From: Dehalococcoidia bacterium
GTDB taxonomy: Bacteria > Chloroflexota > Dehalococcoidia > UBA2979
Length of the DNA stretch: 64,000 nucleotides
Assembly: GCA_965262725.1 (NCBI GenBank)
Contig: OZ253555.1
Coordinates: 896,001 to 960,000 of the forward strand
Reading direction: 5' to 3'
Shown here: positions 57,253-64,000 of the stretch, piece after piece
Layout: each line of letters starts with the position of its first letter
How positions within the stretch are numbered: the first letter of the stretch is position 1
Made by a program: the position numbers and the translations under genes
Notes under the pieces: generated by a model
Told to the model about the DNA's origin: nothing
The model's database searches: none
The model's input: only the letters and a program-made list of their open reading frames with translations

Positions 57253-59721
57253 CTAGCGGCGCGTGGGCCGCGCGTAGACGCGCAGCATCCCCGGCACGTC
57301 CGCGATCACCGCGCGCTCGCGGAGGCCGGTCAGTTCGTCGTCCGTGATGCCGAGCTCGCGCAACACCTCGTCGTTGTGCTCGGCGAAGAGCGCCGCGGGC
57401 CTCGCGCGTGACGGCGCAGGGGTCTCCGAGAGTCGCCAGGGGAGTCCCTCCCAGCGCTGGAAGCCGATCTCTGGGTGGACGGTGTCCACCCAGTAGCCAC
57501 GCCGGAAGAGGTGTGGGTCGGAGACGATCTCCCAGTTGGCGAACACGGGGCCGGCGGGGACGCCCGCCGCCTGCAGGCGGCGGGTCGCATCGTTGTGGTC
57601 GAGGGGAGCGCTCCACGCCTCGATCGCCGCGTCGATCTCGTCGTGCGCGGCCCGTCGCGCGTCGACGTCGGGGTAGCGGGAGCAGAGCTCGGGGCGGTCG
57701 ATCACCGCGCAGAGTGCGCGCCATTGCTCGTCCGACTCGACTCCTATCGCCAGCCAGCAGTCGTCCCCCGCGGAGCGGTACGCCCCCTGCGGCGCGATGC
57801 GCAGCGACCGGTTTCCCCGCGGCTCTGCGACGTGTCCGCTGAGCCGGTAGTCCATCACCGGCTCCACGGCGAAGAGCGCCCCGGACTCCGAGAGCGCCAT
57901 GTCGAGGTGCTGCCCGCGGCCGCTCCGCTCACGCTCCCATAGGGCCGCCACGACGCCGAGGAAAGCGTGCGTGCCGGTGAGGGGGTCGGCCTGGAAGGAC
58001 CCGGTGGCGTAAAAGTCGCCCGGTGCGTAGCCGGTGCGGGCGATCAGCCCCGCGGCGGCCTCGACGTTGGAGCCGAGACCGAGGTAGTGAGCCTCCGGCC
58101 CCGTCGCTCCGAACCCGGACATGGAACAGAGGATGATGCGCGGATTGCGCTTGGTGAGCGTCTCGTAGGAGAGACCGAGGTTGGGGAAGACGCGCGCGCT
58201 GTTGTTCTCGAGCACGACGTCGGCGCGCTCCACCATCCGCAGAAAGATCTCGCGCCCCTCGGCAGTGGCGAGGTCGAGGCAGATCGCGCGCTTGTTGCGA
58301 TTGAACTGATTCCACGCCGCACCACGGTTGTAGAAGCGTGGCCAGATCTGGGCGCCGGCGAAGTGCTGCCCGCGGGTCGGTTGCGTCAGAGAGCGCTCTA
58401 TGGCGACGACGTCCGCTCCGAGGTCGGCGAAATACATGCCGCACAGGGGCCCGGCCCAGCTGTTGGTCACCTCGATCACGCGCAGCCCCTCGAAGGGGAG
58501 CTTCCCGGCCCGGCCGGGGTGGGGCGGAGGGGCCCGGCCGGCCGACCCGCCGTTCGCGCTGGCGGCGCCTTCGGCGGCGGTATCGCTTGGGCCGTCGTGG
58601 TGGGCGTCGAGCCGGGGCGCCGCGCGGACCGGTCCCGCCGCTGATCGCGAGAAGCGCCACGGCGGGCCGGGTATCTCGATGGTCCCTGCGCGCGGGTGGT
58701 CGACCGCGCGCCAGAAGTCGCGGACGGCGAGCTGCGGCGAGTCGGCGAGGTCGGCGACCGTCTGGACCGGCGTGACGAGCATCCGTAGTGCCTGCGCCCG
58801 CTCGGACACCTCGTGCTTGGGTTGGGTCTTGACCCAGGCCGTGAAGCGATCGAGCACCTCGGGGAGCGCATCGAGCCAGCCCTCCGATGTCTGGAACGCG
58901 GGGTCATCGACGCGCTCGGGCTCGCCCATGAGCAGGAAGATCTCGGGCGTGAAGCGCGTGGCGAAGAGGTGGCCGTCGCCGCAGGGGACAATGATCGCCG
59001 CCGTTCCGTCGCCGCGCCGCTTCACCTGTCCCTCTTGACTCCACATCGAGAGCACGAAGACGTGGGAGGAGACGAGCGATTCGAAGGTCGACACGTCGAC
59101 GTGCTGACCGCGACCCGTGCGGCGCGCGTGCCACAGAGCGGCGGCCGTGCCGGCTGCGACCTGCATCCCGGCGTGTAACTCGCCCTGATGCCCGTGCGCC
59201 ATGAGGGGCGCCCGCTCCGGGTCGCCGCAGAAGTACATCCAGCCGCCCATGGCGTAGTCGACGATCTCGCTCGCGACTCGGTCGGCGTAAGGGCCGTCGT
59301 GCCCGAAGGCGGAGTGCGAGGCGTACACGAGGCCGGGGAAGCGCCGGAGGATCTCGGTGTGCGAGAGCCCGCGGCGCTCCATCACCCGCGGCCCTGTGGA
59401 CTCTACGAGGACGTCTGCGCCGGCAAGCAGGGCCAGGAAGCGCTCGCGGTCGCTCTCCCGGTCGAGGTCGAGGACGATGCTCTGCTTTCCGGCGTTGAGC
59501 GCGAGGTGAAGGCCACCCGCCTCGAGGTCCGGCGTGGCCGCCGCGAACGGGCCCAGTGCGCGCAGTCTGTCGCCGCCCGGCGGCTCGACCTTGATGACGC
59601 TGGCGCCCAGGTCGGCGAGCAGCCGCGATGCATAGCCACCCGCCACGCCCTCCGCGGCGTCGACCACGGTAACGTCGGCGAGTGGTCGCTCGCCGACGTC
59701 CCGAGTTGCCTCCACGCTCAC
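57253..59721 (-). CDS. Family III CoA-transferase, fused two-domain form; paralog of 14061-16490
   Basis: Shares SEIVDYAMGG, QGELHAGMQ and ATGSFxADP with 14061-16490. Confidence 0.92.
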   Translation of the reverse strand: MSVEATRDVGERPLADVTVVDAAEGVAGGYASRLLADLGASVIKVEPPGGDRLRALGPFAAATPDLEAGGLHLALNAGKQSIVLDLDRESDRERFLALLAGADVLVESTGPRVMERRGLSHTEILRRFPGLVYASHSAFGHDGPYADRVASEIVDYAMGGWMYFCGDPERAPLMAHGHQGELHAGMQVAAGTAAALWHARRTGRGQHVDVSTFESLVSSHVFVLSMWSQEGQVKRRGDGTAAIIVPCGDGHLFATRFTPEIFLLMGEPERVDDPAFQTSEGWLDALPEVLDRFTAWVKTQPKHEVSERAQALRMLVTPVQTVADLADSPQLAVRDFWRAVDHPRAGTIEIPGPPWRFSRSAAGPVRAAPRLDAHHDGPSDTAAEGAASANGGSAGRAPPPHPGRAGKLPFEGLRVIEVTNSWAGPLCGMYFADLGADVVAIERSLTQPTRGQHFAGAQIWPRFYNRGAAWNQFNRNKRAICLDLATAEGREIFLRMVERADVVLENNSARVFPNLGLSYETLTKRNPRIILCSMSGFGATGPEAHYLGLGSNVEAAAGLIARTGYAPGDFYATGSFQADPLTGTHAFLGVVAALWERERSGRGQHLDMALSESGALFAVEPVMDYRLSGHVAEPRGNRSLRIAPQGAYRSAGDDCWLAIGVESDEQWRALCAVIDRPELCSRYPDVDARRAAHDEIDAAIEAWSAPLDHNDATRRLQAAGVPAGPVFANWEIVSDPHLFRRGYWVDTVHPEIGFQRWEGLPWRLSETPAPSRARPAALFAEHNDEVLRELGITDDELTGLRERAVIADVPGMLRVYARPTRR

Positions 59722-59743
59722 GGATCCCCCCGCTCGGCGGCCG

Positions 59744-60973
59744 TTAGCCGCGCGGCAGCCCGAGTCCGCGCGTCGCGATCACGTTGCGCTGGATCTCGGA
59801 TGTGCCGGAGGCGATCGTCGCCGAGACGCCGAGGACGTGGCTCTGCGTGAAGCTCGCCATCATCGGCGCGTGCGGGTCATTGTCATCCCAGATGTTCGCG
59901 TAGAGCCCGAATACCTTGGTCCCCGTGTTGGCGAGGCGCTGCATCAGCTCTGAACCAAAGAGCTTGCTGATCGAGGCCTCGTAGTTGGGAACCTGGCCGG
60001 CGTTCTGGATCGAGATGATCCGGAAGGAGAAGTTGAACAGCACCTCCGCCTCAATCGCGTGGGAGGCGACCTGGTCGCGGATCGACGGGAGGTCGTCGAT
60101 GCGGGCCCGGGCGCGCCCCGAGCCCCCGAGGTGGTCCACGAGCTTGCCGATGCGCCGCCTCACCTCAATCGCGCCCGAGATGTTGGAGCGCTCAAAATCG
60201 AGCAGCGTCATTCCCACGTACCAGCCGCGGTTCTCCTCTCCGACGAGGTTGCCCGCTGGCACGCGGACGGACTCATAGAAGACCTCGTTGAAGTCGTGCT
60301 CCCAGCCCATGTTCATGAGCGGGCGCACGTCGACGCCCTGCGTGTTCCGGTCGAGCAGAAGGAAGGAGATGCCGCGGTGCTTCGGTGCGTCGGGATCCGT
60401 GCGCGCGAGCGTGAAGAGCCAGCTCGCCTCGTGCCCGCGCGTCGTCCAGATCTTCTGCCCGTCGAGCACGAACTCGTCGCCGTCGCGGATGGCGCGAGTT
60501 GTGAGCGAGCTGAGATCGGAGCCCGCGCCGGGCTCCGAGTAGCCCTGCGCCCACACGACCTCCCCCGACAGCACGCGGGGGAGGTGCTCGCGGCGTTGCT
60601 CCTCCGTGCCATGGAGGATCAGCACCGGTCCCAGCATGGAGACGCCGATACCCCCCACAGTGGGTGCCCCCGTCTGCGCGAGCTCCTGGTTGAAGATGAA
60701 CTGCTCCATGGGGGACATGCCACCGCCGCCGTACTCGGCCGGCCAGTGGGGCGCCACCCAGTGCTGTTCCGTGAGCGCTTCAACCCACGCGTCGCCCGCG
60801 GCGTGCTCTTCGTCGTCGCCCGTGAGGCGGTCCGACTGCACCTGCAGGAAGGGGAGACGGGGCCAGGCGTCGCTCGCGGCGCGTCGGCGATAGAGCGCCG
60901 GCAGTCGCGACTCGATGAGGCGACGCACCTCCGCCCGGAACGCCGCCTGCTCGGGGCTATCGGACCACTCCAT
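59744..60973 (-). CDS. Acyl-CoA dehydrogenase (FadE26/29/34-like)
   Basis: QGYSEPGAGSDL, GQKIWT, FNEVFY, TLLDFER and GTSEIQRN. Confidence 0.93.
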   Translation of the reverse strand: MEWSDSPEQAAFRAEVRRLIESRLPALYRRRAASDAWPRLPFLQVQSDRLTGDDEEHAAGDAWVEALTEQHWVAPHWPAEYGGGGMSPMEQFIFNQELAQTGAPTVGGIGVSMLGPVLILHGTEEQRREHLPRVLSGEVVWAQGYSEPGAGSDLSSLTTRAIRDGDEFVLDGQKIWTTRGHEASWLFTLARTDPDAPKHRGISFLLLDRNTQGVDVRPLMNMGWEHDFNEVFYESVRVPAGNLVGEENRGWYVGMTLLDFERSNISGAIEVRRRIGKLVDHLGGSGRARARIDDLPSIRDQVASHAIEAEVLFNFSFRIISIQNAGQVPNYEASISKLFGSELMQRLANTGTKVFGLYANIWDDNDPHAPMMASFTQSHVLGVSATIASGTSEIQRNVIATRGLGLPRG

Positions 60974-61148
60974 GGCTTCGCTCCTTCAGAGCTGCGCATC
61001 ACCGCGCGACCCTGTGCTGCTCCCAGCGCGTGCTGACGCGGCACTCCACGGCAGCGTACAGTGTTCGTTTCGCCGCTGCCGGGCAAGGCGGGCGCCGTCG
61101 CCGGGCGGATGAGACGAACCGGCAGGGGCATCTCGCGAGGATCAGCCC

Positions 61149-61541
61149 TCAGATCATGGAGCTCTCGTCCACGAGTGAGCGCGCGAGGTCGAGGTTGTCG
61201 GCGCTGAGCGCAATCGTCGCCTGACCGCCGTGGCGGTTGAGGATGTGCATGCTCTGGATGTTCACGCCGGCTTCGCGGAACCGCATCGCGAGTCGGGCGA
61301 GAGCCCCCGGCTCATCGTTCAGTCTCACGATCAGGGCGTCGTCGGCGACGGCACGGTAGCCGGCGTGCGAGAGCGCCAGCAGCGCGCCGTCGTCGTCATC
61401 GGTGGTCACGATCACCATGCCGTGATCGCCGAGGCCCTCCGTGTCGATCGAGTGGAGGTTGATGTCGCGCTCGGCGAGCGTCGCTGTGATCCCGGCGATC
61501 ACGCCGACCTCGTTCTTCGTGCTGACGATGATGCGCTTCAT
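61149..61541 (-). CDS. Tandem ACT domain protein
   Basis: KNEVGVIA..LAERDINL and NDEPGALA..FREAGVNI; RBS GGAGGAGG. Confidence 0.88.
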   Translation of the reverse strand: MKRIIVSTKNEVGVIAGITATLAERDINLHSIDTEGLGDHGMVIVTTDDDDGALLALSHAGYRAVADDALIVRLNDEPGALARLAMRFREAGVNIQSMHILNRHGGQATIALSADNLDLARSLVDESSMI

Positions 61542-61596
61542 GGGCCTCCTCCGCGGGACGCGGCCGCCCTCGGCGGCCGCGAGCCAATGCGCTCGA

Positions 61597-62730
61597 TCAG
61601 GCGAGCTCGGTGATGGAGCGACCCGCGACCAGATCGTCGGCGAGCCGGTCGATCTGGTCGCGGGTCACGTGGTGCATCGTGATGATGTGCGCGATGTCCT
61701 GGTAGGGCGCGAGTTGCCACTTCTCGATGACGTCGGCGGGCGGCCGTGGGATCACGACCGTTGCCGAGTTCTTGTGGCGCCACGCCGGAATACCGAGGCC
61801 GTTGAAGCGCTCGACGGCGTACGACGCGACGCCCAGCATCTCCTGGACGATCTCCCGGAACCCCTCAGTGCCGAAGCGCTCCCAGGCGAGCCAGAGCATC
61901 AGCGGGGTCAACCCGTTGCGCGAGCCCGTGAGCGTGGTGTCCATCACGCCGACGTACTCGATCGAGCGCGCGATGCGGGCGACGTACTCCGTACGGGTCA
62001 GGGCGACGCCGCAGGGAATCGGTGCGCCGATGAGCTTGTGGCCGCTGATCGACATGCTGTCGAAGCCGTCCGCGAAGGTGTGCGGCTGCGGGTCGTCGAC
62101 GAAGGGGAGAATCATCCCGCTGAGAGCGGCGTCGCCGTGGATGTAGCGACGGGTGATGGCGAGGTCGTCGAAGATCTCGCGCACGCGGCCCACGTCGTCG
62201 ACGGCTCCCTTCATGGTCGTGCCGATGTTCGCCATGAAGATGACCGGAACGTCGCGGTTGATGCGGACCGTCTCGTAGAGGTCGTCGTAGTCGATCTCAC
62301 CGCTCTCCTGGCTCTTGATCATGATGTTGCGGGTCTTGAGGACGCGGGTGATCTTGAGCACGCTGTAGTGGGTGTCCTCCGAGAAGTAGACGATGCCCTC
62401 CGGGAACAGCTCCCGTGCGAGGAACAGGCCGTACATGTTCCCCTCGGTGCCGCCGTTCGTGACATAACCCCACGCTTGGTCGCGCGGAAGGCGCAGCAGG
62501 TCGGAGAAGCGGCGGATGACGTCGCGCTCGATGTCGTGGGTGTTGGTGGCGAAGTTGCTCTCGTGGAACGGGTCGCCGACGTTGTTCACGCAATAGCTCA
62601 GGAACGGGAGCAGGGCCGAGTAGTCGAAGTTCTGGTTGGTGGGGTAACCGAGAAAACGCCCCGCCAGGGCATCGAACTCCGACTTCAGCAACTCCAGGCG
62701 CCGCCATGTCTCGACTCGCAGCTCGGTCAT
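61597..62730 (-). CDS. hdc: PLP-dependent histidine (or serine) decarboxylase
   Basis: GYPTNQNFDY, NNVGDP, WGYVTNGGTEGN, THYS, GTTMKGAVD, HGDAALSG, SISGHK (PLP Lys) and GSRNG. Confidence 0.85.
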   Translation of the reverse strand: MTELRVETWRRLELLKSEFDALAGRFLGYPTNQNFDYSALLPFLSYCVNNVGDPFHESNFATNTHDIERDVIRRFSDLLRLPRDQAWGYVTNGGTEGNMYGLFLARELFPEGIVYFSEDTHYSVLKITRVLKTRNIMIKSQESGEIDYDDLYETVRINRDVPVIFMANIGTTMKGAVDDVGRVREIFDDLAITRRYIHGDAALSGMILPFVDDPQPHTFADGFDSMSISGHKLIGAPIPCGVALTRTEYVARIARSIEYVGVMDTTLTGSRNGLTPLMLWLAWERFGTEGFREIVQEMLGVASYAVERFNGLGIPAWRHKNSATVVIPRPPADVIEKWQLAPYQDIAHIITMHHVTRDQIDRLADDLVAGRSITELA

Positions 62731-62958
62731 CGTGGGGTCTCCCGTGCGAGCTGCGACGGTGGCTCGATGTCCCCGCCCCCTATCAGGCTATCGCCCGGGC
62801 GGGCCGCTTGCCTAGGTTGGATTCGCACCGGGAGCCGTGGGGAGGGCGGCGGCACGGGAGACGCGCAAGCCGCCGGCTAAGGCCGGCTCCTGCCCGGACG
62901 TCCATCTCGCACTGCACTCGAGGCCGTGTGGGAGGCGGGCGCACCGGCTCGACAAGTC

Positions 62959-63130
62959 CTATGTGCTACTCAGAGTCGTCCGGGAGTCGGCACGGCCGCG
63001 CCCGGTGACCCGGCGTAGCGGCCCGGGAGGGCTCTCATTCATCAACGCGCAGACGACGGGAACCACGACCAGCGTCAGTATGGTCGAGCTGGCAAGTCCG
63101 CCGATCATGACGGTCGCCCCCGTGTCCCGG
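62959..63130 (-). pseudogene. Remnant of an RND efflux permease C-terminus (CusA/AcrB-like last TM helix)
   Basis: ATVMIGGLASSTILTLVVVPVV matches the RND terminal motif; the rest of the roughly 1000-aa gene is absent. Confidence 0.6.
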
Positions 63131-63376
63131 GATCGGTCACGGAGCGGGGGCGACGGTGTCGAGCATGGCAGAGAGGATCGTGAACTCAAGGTCGGCGCAC
63201 GAGCGGGATCGAGGGCAACCCCCACACGCTCGGGGCGTCTGCCCGGCCGAGCGACAGGTCCGCCCGGCACTGCGCACTGGCGCCGCCACGGCATGATCGC
63301 GACCCGACGAACCGGCGCTGGTCGGGGCCCCCAGACGCGCGCCCGTAGATCGAGGGATGACGGGTCGGGCTGTGCT

Positions 63377-63583
63377 CTACATCTCCATCTTCTTCTTGCC
63401 GGAGAGGTAGCCCTCCGCGTCCTCCTCGAACTCCAGACGGCACCCGGTGCCGCAGAAGTAGTACGTGACGCCGTTGTGCTGCGTGGAGCCGCCCGGCGCG
63501 TTCCGCGTGTCGACCTCCATGCCGCACACCGGGTCGATGGCGGTGCGATTCCCGCGTATGCGACCCATCAGCCACGACACCAT
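63377..63583 (-). CDS. YHS/TRASH domain metal-binding protein
   Basis: DPVCGMEVD...[15 protein letters not shown]; RBS GGGGAGG. Confidence 0.9.
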   Translation of the reverse strand: MVSWLMGRIRGNRTAIDPVCGMEVDTRNAPGGSTQHNGVTYYFCGTGCRLEFEEDAEGYLSGKKKMEM

Positions 63584-63690
63584 CTGCGCCTCCCCTCGTC
63601 GATTCGCGGACAGGCACACCGTACAGTATTCGAGTGGCGTGAGTGGGCCGGACTGGACAGCGTCGAACAGCGAACCACGGGAGGTCTAGC

Positions 63691-64000
63691 ATGACGCCGA
63701 GCGGCGCGGGAGAGGGGGGGCAGAACCGCCTCTCCCGGGAGAGCAGCCCGTACCTTCGCCAGCACGCCGACAACCCCGTCGACTGGTACCCGTGGGGTGA
63801 GGAGGCGTTCGCCCGCGCCCGCGAGGAACGAAAGCCCATCCTGCTCTCGGTCGGCTACTCGACGTGCCACTGGTGCCACGTGATGGCGCACGAGTCGTTC
63901 GAGAACGCCGCTATCGCCGCCCGCATGAACGAGTGGTTCGTCTCCATCAAGGTCGATCGCGAGGAGCGCCCCGACGTGGACGCCGCCTACATGCTGGCGA
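63691..64000 (+). CDS. YyaL/SPATA20-like thioredoxin-domain protein (DUF255); 3' partial
   Basis: Not in the ORF track. [57 protein letters not shown]; RBS GGAGG. Confidence 0.93.
   Translation, partial: MTPSGAGEGGQNRLSRESSPYLRQHADNPVDWYPWGEEAFARAREERKPILLSVGYSTCHWCHVMAHESFENAAIAARMNEWFVSIKVDREERPDVDAAYMLA

Noticed and set aside
1-64000. CRISPR arrays, tRNA/rRNA (including tRNA-Sec), IS elements, prophage or defence genes
   Set aside because: No regularly spaced repeats, cloverleafs, or transposase, integrase or phage motifs seen by eye. The Sec machinery must lie outside the window if the recoding calls are right.

Overview
Very GC-rich, gene-dense bacterial chromosomal segment with about 55 CDS. 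I see no rRNA, tRNA, CRISPR array, transposase or integrase. The content (six family III CoA-transferases, four acyl-CoA dehydrogenase-fold genes, three crotonases, four MaoC/hotdog proteins, three luciferase-like oxidoreductases, cofD-cofC and many amidohydrolases) resembles non-phototrophic Chloroflexota such as Dehalococcoidia/SAR202-like lineages; this placement is inference. The strongest signal is hidden from the ORF track: a probable selenocysteine-recoding locus at about 34.6-41.8 kb. It has NfuA, a B12/radical SAM enzyme whose UGA reads through to a C-U-A-E-P tail, a convergent ATP-grasp ligase, and a glutaredoxin/TlpA/degenerate-Lgt operon. It also has a small unannotated gene (41429-41737) with two in-frame UGAs, each followed about 20 nt later by a SECIS-like hairpin loop. 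Other points: a probable 6S RNA (17295-17481, minus strand), a cysteine-less racemase homolog, a CoA-transferase trio with one Asp-less subunit, a ClC transporter with a Pro selectivity motif, and an hdc-like decarboxylase next to an eroded metal-efflux remnant. All calls come from manual motif reading; no database searches were run.
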